DNA of 64,000 nucleotides from Candidatus Dormiibacterota bacterium (GTDB taxonomy: Bacteria > Chloroflexota > Dormibacteria > Aeolococcales > Aeolococcaceae), in NCBI GenBank assembly GCA_963708605.1, contig CAVPTG010000007.1, forward strand, positions 16,288-80,287, written 5' to 3'. The translations under genes were made by a program, and so were the position numbers. The notes beneath the pieces are model-generated. The model ran no database searches. It was not told the DNA's origin and worked only from the letters and a program-made list of their open reading frames with translations. Below are positions 1 through 10,033 of this stretch, piece after piece; positions within the stretch are counted from its first letter, which is position 1; the number at the start of each line of letters is the position of its first letter.

Positions 1-350
1 AGGTCTCGCAGGCTGACCCCAGGCTGGACGACCGCGACCTGATTCTCGATGTCGATCTCCAGGATGGCGCCCATCTCACGAAACACGATGAGGATGCCGC
101 CCTCGCGGGGGACGCACGCCCCGGCGAGGCCGGTCCCGGAGCCGCGCGCGGTGACCGGCATGCCGAACTCGCGGGCGATCGTGACGATCTCGGCGACCTC
201 GGCCGCGGAGTGGGGGAGGACGACGACGTCCGGGGCATGCCACCGTGCGACCAGCAACTCATCGTGCAAGTCGTCCTCAGTGACCTCCGCGCCACTCAAT
301 ACTCGCGCCGGACCGAGCAGGGCGGTGAGCTTGTCGAGAGCGGTGAGCAT
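1..350 (-). CDS. FAD-linked oxidase (GlcD-like), N-terminal part, truncated by window edge
   Basis: Manual translation from ATG 350: MLTALDKL...PDVVVLPHSAAEVAEIV...VTARGSGTGLAGACVP...EIDIENQVAVVQPGV, a FAD_binding_4 pattern. Confidence 0.8.
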   Translation of the reverse strand, partial: MLTALDKLTALLGPARVLSGAEVTEDDLHDELLVARWHAPDVVVLPHSAAEVAEIVTIAREFGMPVTARGSGTGLAGACVPREGGILIVFREMGAILEIDIENQVAVVQPGVSLRD

Positions 351-358
351 CCGGCGGC

Positions 359-1159
359 CTACGAGCCGGTGAACGCTGCTCGACGCTTCTCGAGAAAGGC
401 GCCCACGCCCTCGGCAAAGTCGGTGGTGGTCGTGGCCTCGGTTTGGAGCCGCTCCTCGACGGCGAGCTGCGCCTCGAGGTCGTTCTCGTGCGACACCTCG
501 AGCGCCTGTTTGGTGAGGCCGATCGAGCGAGGGCCTCGGGCGAGGCGGCCGGCGAGCTCGGAGGAGGCGGCGGCGAGCTCGCCATCCGGAACCACGCGGT
601 TGACGATGCCCAGCTCGAGCGCGCGGGCGGAGTCGACCGTCTCACCGAGCATCATCAGTTCCGCAGCCCTGGCCGGCCCGATCAACCGCGGCAGGAAATA
701 CGTACTGGCGAGGTCGGGGATGAGCCCGATGCGCACGAATGCCGAAACGAAGGTGGCCGATTCGGCGGCGATTCGGAGGTCGCACGCGAGCGCGAGCGAG
801 AAGCCGGCGCCCGCTGCGACCCCGTTGACGGCCGCGATGACCGGCTGGTCCATCGAACGGATCGCCCGGATCACCGGTGCGTAGTGATTCCGAAGTACCG
901 CTCCGACGTCGAGGCCGTCCGCGGAGGTGGCGGCGCGCAGGTCCTGGCCGCTGCAGAAGCCGCGTCCAGCGCCGGTGATGATCACCGCGCGCACGGTGCG
1001 CCGCGACGCCGCCTCGCGAAGCGCCTCCGTGACCTCATCGACGAGGGCGGGGGTGATCGCGTTGAGCACCTCCGGCCGGTTCAGCGTCAGGGTGAGGACG
1101 CCGTGATCGACGGTTGCGAGGAGCTGCGGAGCGGTGGCCGGCGTCGCTTCTGCGGTCAT
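359..1159 (-). CDS. Enoyl-CoA hydratase/isomerase (PaaG-like)
   Basis: LNRPEVLNA, GRGFCSGQDL, AVNGVAAGAG crotonase motifs. Confidence 0.9.
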   Translation of the reverse strand: MTAEATPATAPQLLATVDHGVLTLTLNRPEVLNAITPALVDEVTEALREAASRRTVRAVIITGAGRGFCSGQDLRAATSADGLDVGAVLRNHYAPVIRAIRSMDQPVIAAVNGVAAGAGFSLALACDLRIAAESATFVSAFVRIGLIPDLASTYFLPRLIGPARAAELMMLGETVDSARALELGIVNRVVPDGELAAASSELAGRLARGPRSIGLTKQALEVSHENDLEAQLAVEERLQTEATTTTDFAEGVGAFLEKRRAAFTGS

Positions 1160-1171
1160 CGCGGCGAAACT

Positions 1172-1489
1172 CTACGCCGACGCGTCGCCGAGCTCGCGGA
1201 GCCGCTGGTACGTGTAGATCCCGGTGTTGTGCCCGTCGGCCCACACGGTGTTCAACCCGTAGGCGCCCACCAGCGAGATGTCGGCGAGTTCGTCCTCGCC
1301 GGGGTGCAGGTCCGGGTCGGAGCTGAACCTGCCGCGATACCCCGGCTCGCCTTTGCACGCAGCGCATGGGCACGCACGCCGCAGCACCGCGAACGGAATG
1401 CGCTGCGCCGCGCCATCAGACCACTCGATCAGCAGTGATCGATGCGGTTCGTCGTAGTCGAAGCGCACCGGTCGCAGATCCACGGCCAC
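1172..1489 (-). CDS. DUF971 / gamma-butyrobetaine hydroxylase N-terminal-like protein
   Basis: LRRACPCAAC ... VGAYGL..WADGHNTGIY. Confidence 0.85.
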   Translation of the reverse strand: MAVDLRPVRFDYDEPHRSLLIEWSDGAAQRIPFAVLRRACPCAACKGEPGYRGRFSSDPDLHPGEDELADISLVGAYGLNTVWADGHNTGIYTYQRLRELGDASA

Positions 1490-1509
1490 CGTGTGCGGAT
1501 CGATGCCGC

Positions 1510-1836
1510 TTAGCGGAGCACCGACTGGAGTTTCATCGCCAGCCCCATGTCACCCTTGATCTTGATCTTGCCGCTCATGAACGCCATGGTCCCATCGAGC
1601 TTGCCGGTGGCAAGGTCGACGAAATCCTCCGACTTCATGGTGATGGTGATGTTGGGGTTCTCGGGAGCGCCTTCACCGACATCGGCGCTGCCGTCCTTGA
1701 GCGAGATGTGGTATTTGCCGGGCGCTTCGCCGCCCAGATCGAAGGCGTAGATCGCGTTCATCCCTGCCGTCTTGGCGGGATCTGCGGAAATGCGGGAATT
1801 GATCTCGCTGAAGATTTCGGCCGGAGTGGACGGCAT
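1510..1836 (-). CDS. SCP2 sterol-binding domain protein
   Basis: AFMSGKIKIKGDMGLAMKL signature. Confidence 0.9.
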   Translation of the reverse strand: MPSTPAEIFSEINSRISADPAKTAGMNAIYAFDLGGEAPGKYHISLKDGSADVGEGAPENPNITITMKSEDFVDLATGKLDGTMAFMSGKIKIKGDMGLAMKLQSVLR

Positions 1837-1954
1837 TGTTGGTGCTCCCTTGCATGGATCGGTGCGCAGCCCGCGACAAGGCGGGCTCGATCTCAGTGTA
1901 CCGACTGGGCAACGAGGGGAGGCGGCGCTCGAACCGGGAGTCCAACTCTGAGAG

Positions 1955-3475
1955 TTGTCTGAGACAGACCCGTCAGGAGCCGGTACCCACGCGAATTCTC
2001 AGGTCGGATCCGGAGACTTCGCGGCCATGGGCAGCCCCAACGTCAAGCTCAGCCGCCGGCAGGTGCTGGGCATCGCGGCCGGTGGGGTCGCCGGCGCCGT
2101 TGGGTTTCGGTACCTGACGCTGCAGCTCCCCGGCGGCTCGCGGCAGGTCACGCCGGCAGCGGGGACCGCCGGGTCATGGGCAAGCCCGCTCACCGGAGCG
2201 AGTGGCCGTGCCGCACACCTTCTGCGCCGAGCGACCTTCGGCTGCAACGCAGCGGAGCTCGACGCGGCGGCATCGATGCCGTATTCGGATCTGGTCGACA
2301 TGGTCATCAACCAGCCCGCCCAGGCGTTGCCAGCCGTGTCGAGCCCGACCAGTTACCAGGCGGTCGTTCGCGCCTGGTACCAGCACATGGCGACCACACC
2401 GGCGCAATTCGCGGAGCGGATGACGCTGTTCTGGCACGGGCTGCTCACCAGCGACTACCGCAAGGCCGCGCGCCTGCCCTTCGTGCTCCAGCAGAACGAG
2501 CTGTATCGATCCGCGGGACGGGGCGACTTCCGCACGCTGATCAACGCGGTCACGTACGACCCGTTGATGATTCGCTATCTCGACCTCGAGGAGAGCACCG
2601 CAGCCGCTCCCAACGAGAACTACAGCCGGGAGTTGATGGAGCTGTTCACGCTCGGCGCCGGCAACTACACCGAGACCGACGTGCGCGAGGGGGCGCGCGC
2701 GTTCTCCGGGATCCGGACCATCCTGGTGGACGCCACCGGCGGACGCCTGCAGCCGCCGAAGCTGAAGGGCTCGACGCCGGCGGCATATGCCCAGGCGGTC
2801 GAGCAACTCCTCTCCCAGGGGGCGACCTTCAAGGGGATCCTTGCGGGAGCCCAGCACGACGGTGGGAACAAGACGCTGCTCGGACACACCGGAAACCTCG
2901 GCCCTGCCGAGGCGCTGGACATCATCCTGGCGCAGCCCTCGTGCGCTCCTCACATCGCGCGCAAGGCACTGGTGGCGTTCTGCACGCCGAATCCGCCGGT
3001 GTCGCTCATCGACAGCGTGGCGACCGCGTTTCGCACCAGCAACTACGACATCAAGACGCTGATGCGCTCCATCTTCACCAGTGATGCGTTCACGTCACCG
3101 GACGCGTACCGGTCACTCGTGCGCGGTCCCGTCGAGTACATGGTCGCGACCATGCGAGCGCTCGGCAGGCCGGATCTTGCGGCATCGTGCGTGCGGTCGG
3201 GCGTGTCCATGGACCAGATCCTCTACGACATGCCGACGGTCGCGGGCTGGCCGTCCAATCAAGGGTGGGTGTCCTCGGGAGCGTGGCTGGCGCGTCTCAA
3301 CTTCGCGAACACGGTCGTGGCCACGCAGGGAACCTTCCCGGATCCGGCCGATGCTATACGCGTGCAACTCGACGGCGTCGTGGGGCCGGACACCGCCGCC
3401 GTCTTCAACGCGAGCCCGAGCGATGCCGATCGGTGGTACGCGCTGCTCGCCAGCCCCGAATTTCAGCTCAAGTGA
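1955..3475 (+). CDS. DUF1800 family protein with Tat-like signal
   Basis: LSRRQVL; HLLRRATFG, ERMTLFWH, PNENYSRELMELFTLG, C-terminal SPEFQLK. Confidence 0.85.
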   Translation: MSETDPSGAGTHANSQVGSGDFAAMGSPNVKLSRRQVLGIAAGGVAGAVGFRYLTLQLPGGSRQVTPAAGTAGSWASPLTGASGRAAHLLRRATFGCNAAELDAAASMPYSDLVDMVINQPAQALPAVSSPTSYQAVVRAWYQHMATTPAQFAERMTLFWHGLLTSDYRKAARLPFVLQQNELYRSAGRGDFRTLINAVTYDPLMIRYLDLEESTAAAPNENYSRELMELFTLGAGNYTETDVREGARAFSGIRTILVDATGGRLQPPKLKGSTPAAYAQAVEQLLSQGATFKGILAGAQHDGGNKTLLGHTGNLGPAEALDIILAQPSCAPHIARKALVAFCTPNPPVSLIDSVATAFRTSNYDIKTLMRSIFTSDAFTSPDAYRSLVRGPVEYMVATMRALGRPDLAASCVRSGVSMDQILYDMPTVAGWPSNQGWVSSGAWLARLNFANTVVATQGTFPDPADAIRVQLDGVVGPDTAAVFNASPSDADRWYALLASPEFQLK

Positions 3476-3486
3476 GGCAGAGCAAC

Positions 3487-4723
3487 ATGATCAGCAGACG
3501 CGACTTCATGGTGAGCGGTATCAGCGCAACCGGCGTGGGCATCATCGTGCCGCCGGTCTTCGCCAAGTCCGTGTTCGCCGCCACCATGGAGGATGTTCAC
3601 AACGACCGCGTGCTGGTGATCCTCCAGCTCGGTGGTGGCAACGACGGGCTGAATACCGTCGTTCCCTACGCGGATCCCGCGTATCTGCAGGCGCGGCCGA
3701 CGATCGGCATCCCTGCCGACAAGGTGCTGCCGCTGACTGCGGAGATCGGCCTCAACCCGGTGATGCCCGGCACGAAGAAACTCTTCGATGCGGGCGAGCT
3801 CGCGCTGGTGCAGGGTGTCGGATATCCGAACCCCGTCTATTCCCATTTCGAGAGTCTGTACATCTGGGAGCATGCCGACCCGACGATGCAGCAGAGCGAG
3901 GGATGGCTCGGCAAGTTGCTCGCCGGCCAGCTCGACGCCCAGGGACATCCGCTCACCGGATGTGCGCTCGGGCAGGCGAGCACGCCGCCTGAGCTGCTGG
4001 CCCAGAACGCGACCGTGAGCGTGATCGAACTCGATTCCCAGCTACCAGGTGCAGGGCGGTGACGGCCGGCGGGTCGCAGCACCGGCCCTGTACAAGCGGA
4101 CGCCGGGAATCTACGGCGCGCTCTACGACCAGGCGTTGAGCACCGCGGAGTATGGGATTGCCGCACTCGCCAACTCGCAGAGCCGCTACGCGCCCTCGGT
4201 CGCCTACACGCCTCAGAGCACGATGCACGGCACCAAGAACAGCCTCGCGACATCGCTGCAGCTGACTGCGGAGATGATCGTGACCCAGCCCAGCGTGAAG
4301 ATCTGCCACGTGGTGCTCGGTGGGTTCGACACCCATCAGGACGAGGACACGCGTCAGAACGCGCTGCTGGCCTACGTCGACAGCGCCATCAGCGCATTCA
4401 TGCAGGACATCGCCAACCACGGGATGGCGGACCGCGTGGTGCTCATGGCCTGGTCGGAGTTCGGCCGGCGGATAGCAGAAAACGGAGGTCACGGCACCGA
4501 CCACGGCGCGGCTGCACCGATATTCGTCGTGGGGAAGCCCGTCAAGGGTGGCGTCTTCGGCGAGCAACCCTCGCTCACCAGCACCGTCAACTCCGGAAAC
4601 CTGCAGTACAACATCGACTTTCGCAGCGTCTACCAGACGCTCATCCGTGACTGGCTGCAGGCCGATCCGGTATCGGTGCTCGGCGCGTCGTTCCCCGAGC
4701 TTCCCTTGCTCCGGACCGCGTGA
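3487..4723 (+). CDS. DUF1501 family protein with Tat signal (frameshift near 4040)
   Basis: MISRRDF; QLGGGNDGLN, GGFDTH, SEFGRR, GTDHG, DFRSVY; split over two frames. Confidence 0.8.
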
Positions 4724-4846
4724 CCCCCTGATCGCTGGGCAACGCCTGGTGGCCACCTTGCTCCGGCGCTCCTCCGTGCTGCGGGCGGAAGGGATGTCCA
4801 TCGATCCGCCTGTGTAGCTCTTTCTCGGGGCGGGTACACTCGCTGC

Positions 4847-5305
4847 ATGGTGTCCTGGATGTGGGTGGTCTGGTTGCTTGCCGGCCTGGTCCTCGTGGGC
4901 ATGGAAGTCCATACCCAGGCGTTCTACGCACTTTTCCTTGCGCTCGGTTCCTTCGCCGCGACCGTTGTCGCGCTGTTCCCAACCGAGGTCTGGCTGCAGG
5001 CGGTCATCGGTGCCGCGGTAGCGATCGTCGGCACGCTCGCGGTTCGACCGACCCTCTCGCGACTCTCCGCGCGCCATCTCGGACCGAAGCTGAGCATGCC
5101 GGGTGCATCCGACAACCTGGTCGGCCAGGCAGCGCTGACGCTCGAACCCGTCGGTGACGAGAATCATCCGGGCCACGCCCGCCTCTTCAATGAGAAATGG
5201 CTGGCGGTAACGACCGATCCCGGCGGCGTCCCTGCGCATCAGCAGGTTACCGTCGTCGCAGTGCGCGGCACCACCCTCGTGGTCGCGCCCCCCAAGGGAG
5301 GCTGA
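4847..5305 (+). CDS. NfeD-like membrane protein
   Basis: Hydrophobic N-terminus plus OB-fold-like C-terminus (EKWLA...VRGTTLVV); upstream of an SPFH gene. Confidence 0.85.
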   Translation: MVSWMWVVWLLAGLVLVGMEVHTQAFYALFLALGSFAATVVALFPTEVWLQAVIGAAVAIVGTLAVRPTLSRLSARHLGPKLSMPGASDNLVGQAALTLEPVGDENHPGHARLFNEKWLAVTTDPGGVPAHQQVTVVAVRGTTLVVAPPKGG

Positions 5306-5310
5306 ACTCA

Positions 5311-6276
5311 GTGGATAACACCGGTCTGGTCACGGCGATCATCGTCGTCGTCCTGCTCATCGTCGTGGCGATCCTGATCGGCGGCGCGGTCCGTGTCGTG
5401 CCGCAGGGATTCGCCGGTGTGGTCACACGTTTTGGTCGCTTTCGGCGGGAATCCCAGGCCGGTCTGACCATCATCACCCCCTTCATCGACAAGCTGCTGC
5501 GGGTCGATATGCGCGAGACGCCGCGAACCGGTGATCGTCAGGACGTGATCACCCGCGACAACGTCGCCGTCGCGGTCAACGCGACCATCTTCAGCCAGGT
5601 GATCGAGCCCCGAGCGGCGCTGTTCAACGTTTCGGACTACCTGATCGCCATCGATCAGCAGGCCCGAACCACGCTCCGTAACGCCTTCGGCAACGTCAGC
5701 CTCGACGAGGCTCTCTCGTCTCGCGAGCAGATCAATGCCGCGATGCAGCAGCAGATGGAACAGGTCACCGACAAATGGGGGATCCGGATCAACCGCATCG
5801 AGATCGTTGACATCTCGCCGCCGGTGCAGATCCTCCAGGCGATGGCGCTGCAGAAGCAGGCGGACCAGGAGAAGCGCGCTCGGATCCTCCAGTCAGAGGG
5901 CCAACAGCAATCCGCGGTCAACATCGCCGACGGCAACCGGCAGGCCGCGATCAAGCAGGCGGAGGGCGAGCGGCAGGCTGCGATCCTTCGCGCCGAGGGC
6001 AACCGGCAGGCAGCCATCCTCGAAGCGGAAGGCCGCGCCCAGGCAATCTCGACCGTGTACGGATCCATCAAGGCGGCCGCGCCGGATCCGACCCTGGTCG
6101 CGATTCTCCAGCTGGACACGTTGACGAAGTTCGCCGAGAGCCCCAACGCCAAGCTGGTCGTGCCGGCAGAGACTTCAGGGCTGCTTGGTGCCGCGCAGGT
6201 GCTGCGCAGCGTCCTCGGTGATGCGCCGGGGCTCGAACCGCCCACGGTCGTCACGGTTCCGCCGTCCACCAGCTGA
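5311..6276 (+). CDS. SPFH/stomatin (QmcA-like) protein
   Basis: QDVITRDNV, WGIRINRIEI, AEGERQAAILRAEG repeats; GTG at 5311 after GGGAGG. Confidence 0.9.
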   Translation: MDNTGLVTAIIVVVLLIVVAILIGGAVRVVPQGFAGVVTRFGRFRRESQAGLTIITPFIDKLLRVDMRETPRTGDRQDVITRDNVAVAVNATIFSQVIEPRAALFNVSDYLIAIDQQARTTLRNAFGNVSLDEALSSREQINAAMQQQMEQVTDKWGIRINRIEIVDISPPVQILQAMALQKQADQEKRARILQSEGQQQSAVNIADGNRQAAIKQAEGERQAAILRAEGNRQAAILEAEGRAQAISTVYGSIKAAAPDPTLVAILQLDTLTKFAESPNAKLVVPAETSGLLGAAQVLRSVLGDAPGLEPPTVVTVPPSTS

Positions 6277-6290
6277 GCGGATCGTCGCCG

Positions 6291-7658
6291 GTGACCGGGC
6301 AGAGTTCGCTCTTCGGCGCAGACCCCGTCAGCCCGGAGGATCCGGCAGGCGCACAGCGTCACGCGCCGCTGGCAACGCGGATGCGGCCGCGGACCTTCGA
6401 GGAATTCGTCGGCCAGCACCGCGCCATCGGCGCCGGAACCGTGCTCCGCCGAGCCGTCGATGCGGGGGAGGTGCCGTCGCTCATCCTCTGGGGGCCGCCG
6501 GGGAGCGGCAAGACGACGCTTGCAGCGCTCATCGCCGGCGCGAGCAACGCCACCTTCGAGGCCGTGAGCGCGACCAGCGCGGGCGTCGCCGACCTGCGCA
6601 AGGTGGTGGAGCGGGCGAGCGAGCGCCTACGAACAGGGAGACGCACGGTTCTCTTCATCGACGAGATCCACCGGTTCAACAAGAGCCAGCAGGATGCGGT
6701 GCTCCCTCACGTGGAGAACGCCACAGTGACGCTTCTCGGGGCGACCACCGAGAATCCCTCCTTCGAGGTCAACGCGGCACTGCTCTCGAGAAGCCGGGTC
6801 ATCCGCCTCGAGGCGCTTGAGGCCGAGGACCTGCGCAATCTCATCAGGCGGGCGCTCACGGACAGCGAGCGCGGGCTGGGGAGTCAGCAGGTCGCCGTCG
6901 ATCCCGACGCCATCGACCGGCTGGTGACGCTCTGCGGCGGCGACGCGCGCATCGCGCTCAACTCGCTCGAGCTCGCGGTGCAGGCGACGGTGCCAGACGG
7001 CTCGGGCGCGGTGCGAGTGACCGCCGCGGACATCGAGGGCGCGCTGCAGAACCCAGCGCTTCTGTACGACCGCGCGGGCGATCAGCACTACTGGCTCGTC
7101 TCCGCCTTCATCAAGTCAGTTCGCGGCAGCGACCCTGACGCCGCGGTGTACTGGCTCGCCCGGATGCTCGAGGCCGGAGAGGATCCCCTCTTCGTGGCCC
7201 GCCGGATGGTGATCCTGGCCGCTGAGGACATCGGGCTTGCCGACCCGCAAGCGCTGAGTGTCGCCGTCGCGGCACAACAGGCGGCCCACTTCATCGGGAT
7301 GCCCGAGGGATTCCTGCCGCTCACCGAGGCAGCGCTGTACCTGGCTGCCGCCCCGAAGAGCAACAGCGTCCTCCGCGCCTACGTGGCCGCATCGGCGGAC
7401 GTCGCCGAGACGCTCCACCAGCCGGTGCCGCTGCACCTCCGCAATGCGGTGACCGGCCTCGGCCGGGCCATGGGCTACGGCACCGGCTACCGGTACGCCC
7501 ACGACCACGAGGGCGGGGTCGTCGAGCAGGAGCACCTGCCCGAGCAGCTCACCGGGCATCGGTATTACGACCCGTCGTCGCACGGCGCCGAGGCTGAGGT
7601 CGCGAGACGGCTGGAGTCGAACCGGAACGCGCTCGCACGGCGGGGAGACCGGTCTTAA
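6291..7658 (+). CDS. rarA: Replication-associated recombination protein A (AAA+ ATPase)
   Basis: PLATRMRP, WGPPGSGKTT, FIDEIHRFNKSQQD, GATTENP, SAFIKSVRGSDPDA. Confidence 0.95.
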   Translation: MTGQSSLFGADPVSPEDPAGAQRHAPLATRMRPRTFEEFVGQHRAIGAGTVLRRAVDAGEVPSLILWGPPGSGKTTLAALIAGASNATFEAVSATSAGVADLRKVVERASERLRTGRRTVLFIDEIHRFNKSQQDAVLPHVENATVTLLGATTENPSFEVNAALLSRSRVIRLEALEAEDLRNLIRRALTDSERGLGSQQVAVDPDAIDRLVTLCGGDARIALNSLELAVQATVPDGSGAVRVTAADIEGALQNPALLYDRAGDQHYWLVSAFIKSVRGSDPDAAVYWLARMLEAGEDPLFVARRMVILAAEDIGLADPQALSVAVAAQQAAHFIGMPEGFLPLTEAALYLAAAPKSNSVLRAYVAASADVAETLHQPVPLHLRNAVTGLGRAMGYGTGYRYAHDHEGGVVEQEHLPEQLTGHRYYDPSSHGAEAEVARRLESNRNALARRGDRS

Positions 7659-7710
7659 GACGATCGACCTAGCGACGCAGGGACGTCCACGGGCTGACTA
7701 TCGTCGCGAC

Positions 7711-7875
7711 GGGAATTCACCTCTTTCGAAACGCAAGTCCCCCTGATAGGCGGGCGGGCGCCGACCCAGTTCAGTGGTTTACCCTCGCGGGCTCCCCCTC
7801 CCCGCGGCACCGGGTGTATCGCGGTTCTGCTGGGTCGGTGCCACCGCCGATTTCTTTCTCCATCGCTAGAGATAT
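7711..7875 (+). ncRNA. Structured intergenic RNA, candidate 6S RNA
   Basis: About 100-nt irregular hairpin 7749-7848 (GGCGCCGACCCAG / CTGGGTCGGTGCC plus inner helices with G-U pairs on the + strand); -10-like TATCGT at 7699; U-rich tract 7851-7860; ends approximate. Confidence 0.35.
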
Positions 7876-7896
7876 CGGTTAGGCTGGGCTACGACT

Positions 7897-8538
7897 GTGG
7901 AAGTTACGCATCCCACTCCCATTCGAGTGCTCATTGTCGATGACCACCCATTGGTGAGGCGGGGACTGACCTCCCTTCTCAACGGGACCACCGACATCAA
8001 GGTCGTCGGTGCGGCGTCAGACGGCGAGGAAGCGGTCGCCTATGCCGTCGAGGAGCACCCGGACATCGTCCTCATGGACATCTCGATGCCGGGGATGAAC
8101 GGCTTCGAGGCACTCCGCCGAATGCTGAAAGCCGTGGCCGGCACCAAGGTCGTGATGCTCACGTCGTACTCCGAGCACGACATGGTGGTCGAGGCGATCG
8201 ACAACGGCGCGGTGGGGTTCCTGCTCAAGGACACCGAGCCGCAGGAGCTCCTCAACGGCATCCGGTCCGCCGCGAAGGGGGACACGCCGCTGTCACCCAA
8301 GGCCGCGAAGGAGCTGCTCCGTGATCGGATCAAGCGCCGGCCGCTCGACGACCTGACCCAGCGCGAGCTCGACGTCCTCACGCTGGTCGGGCGCGGGATG
8401 AGCAACAAGCAGATCGCGTGGCGGCTGGGCATCAGCGAGAAGACCGTCAAGGCACACCTCGGATCGGTGTTCGACCGCCTCGGCGTCGAGGACCGCGTCC
8501 AGGCCGCGCTCTGGGCGCAACGACACGGGATCATCTAG
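7897..8538 (+). CDS. NarL/LuxR-family response regulator
   Basis: VLIVDDH, DIVLMD, LTQRELDVL...GMSNKQIA...ISEKTVKAH. Confidence 0.92.
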   Translation: MEVTHPTPIRVLIVDDHPLVRRGLTSLLNGTTDIKVVGAASDGEEAVAYAVEEHPDIVLMDISMPGMNGFEALRRMLKAVAGTKVVMLTSYSEHDMVVEAIDNGAVGFLLKDTEPQELLNGIRSAAKGDTPLSPKAAKELLRDRIKRRPLDDLTQRELDVLTLVGRGMSNKQIAWRLGISEKTVKAHLGSVFDRLGVEDRVQAALWAQRHGII

Positions 8539-8566
8539 GTGGGCTTCGGGCAGGCCTAGGCCTGAG

Positions 8567-9796
8567 CTATGCAGTCGAGGCCGTGATGATCGCGCGAGCG
8601 AATGCCGCGACCGACTGCTCGAGATCGGCGATCGTGTGCACCGACGAACAGAAGGCGCTCGTGTTGAGGATGTCGATGCCCTGGGCTCGCATCGCGTTCG
8701 CGATGCGCGCCTGGGCCCCGGGATCGCCCAGGAAGATGTGGAGGATGCTTGACAGCCGGCGGATGGTTCCAGGGATGCCGGCCGCTGCCAGCGCGGCGGT
8801 CCATTCGCCGGCGAGGCTCGTGGCATACGCTTCGGCCGTTCGCTGAGGGCTGCCGTCGGCGACCAGGCGGAGGGTCGCGATTCCAGCGGCCGCGCTCAGC
8901 GGGTTGGCGTTGAAAGTTCCCGGATGAGCGATCGTCGTTGCCAGCAGCTCGAGCAGGTCGGACCGCCCGGCAACCGCGCCTGAGGGCAGCCCGCCGGCCA
9001 TGACCTTGCCGAGGACGCTGATGTCCGGTGTGATCTCCAGCACCGCCTGCATCCCGCCGGGGGAGACGCGGAACCCGGTGACCACCTCGTCGAAGACGAG
9101 CACCGTGCCTGTCGCGGTGCATGCCGCCCGGGCCGCAGCGATGAATGACCTGTCGAGTGGCAGCTGGCCGTAGTGCGCGCCGGACGGCTCCATGATCACG
9201 GCCGCCACGTCACCTCGGGCGAGCTCCGCTTCGAGGGCCCCGGGATCGTCAGGACGGATCACCTTGGTCAGCTGCCCCATGGTCTCGGGGACGCCTACGG
9301 GCGTCCGTGTGTGGCCCTCCACATCGAGATACGGGCTGACGGCGTCCGACCAGCCGTGAAAGTGCTCCTGGATCTTGATGATGCGGTCCCTGCGGGTCGC
9401 CGCCCTGGCCACCCGCAACGCGAGCATCACGGCCTCGGTGCCGGATGCGGTGAACCGGACCTTCTCGGCCGACGGGACCAGCGAGACGATCTGCTCCGCC
9501 CACTCGACCTCGAGCGGATGGGCGGCGCCGTAGTGCGTGCCCCGGGACACCTGCTCCTGGACTGCCGCAACCACCGCAGGGTGCGCGTGCCCGAGGAGCA
9601 GGGCGCCGTGTCCCATCGTGTAGTCGATCAACTCGGTACCGTCGATCAACCACTTTCGCGAGCCGCTCGATCGAGCCACGTAGATACGGGGATCGTAGGT
9701 TCGCGAAGCGTGGGTGGCGCCGCCGGGAAGGACTCGTCGCGCCCGCTCGGCAAGGTCGGCGTGCGCGCGCGTGTGAACGGCGTCGGTCACGGACAC
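8567..9796 (-). CDS. Class III aminotransferase (GSA-aminomutase-like paralog)
   Basis: RFTASGTEA, FDEVVTGFR, GKVMAGG, GTFNANP. Confidence 0.88.
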   Translation of the reverse strand: MSVTDAVHTRAHADLAERARRVLPGGATHASRTYDPRIYVARSSGSRKWLIDGTELIDYTMGHGALLLGHAHPAVVAAVQEQVSRGTHYGAAHPLEVEWAEQIVSLVPSAEKVRFTASGTEAVMLALRVARAATRRDRIIKIQEHFHGWSDAVSPYLDVEGHTRTPVGVPETMGQLTKVIRPDDPGALEAELARGDVAAVIMEPSGAHYGQLPLDRSFIAAARAACTATGTVLVFDEVVTGFRVSPGGMQAVLEITPDISVLGKVMAGGLPSGAVAGRSDLLELLATTIAHPGTFNANPLSAAAGIATLRLVADGSPQRTAEAYATSLAGEWTAALAAAGIPGTIRRLSSILHIFLGDPGAQARIANAMRAQGIDILNTSAFCSSVHTIADLEQSVAAFARAIITASTA

Positions 9797-9815
9797 GCCG
9801 AGAGGATACCCGGCG

Positions 9816-9889
9816 TGGAGGCGACGGTGGGAATCGAACCCACGATCAGGGTTTTGCAGACCCGTGCCTTACCACTTGGCTACGTCGCC
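9816..9889 (-). tRNA. tRNA-Cys (GCA), CCA encoded
   Basis: Reverse complement GGCGACGTAGCCAAGTGGTAAGGCACGGGTCTGCAAAACCCTGATCGTGGGTTCGATTCCCACCGTCGCCTCCA folds as a cloverleaf. Confidence 0.97.
9853..9889. repeat. Left attachment core, 37-bp direct repeat
   Basis: TTTGCAGACCCGTGCCTTACCACTTGGCTACGTCGCC identical to 24740-24776. Confidence 0.95.
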
Positions 9890-9933
9890 GCTCGTATTCG
9901 GTTGTCCCCGGTTCGGTACTCTTCTCGGCCCTT

Positions 9934-9956
9934 CTGACACCTTCCCTGACACCTTC
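9934..9956 (+). repeat. Tandem CTGACACC sites, putative integrase arm-type sites (left)
   Basis: CTGACACCTTC at 9934 and 9946, 12-bp spacing; matching pair at 24611/24623. Confidence 0.75.
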
Positions 9957-10033
9957 GTGCCCTGGAGTTGTAAGCTTCCCGTAGAAGAACCCCCGCACCG
10001 CTCGAACGGCCGGGGGCATGGCCAGCAATTGAG

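Noticed and set aside
1955-4723. DUF1800-DUF1501 pair as a novel system
   Set aside because: This is a widespread, already recognised gene pair; nothing here is distinctive beyond a likely sequencing frameshift.
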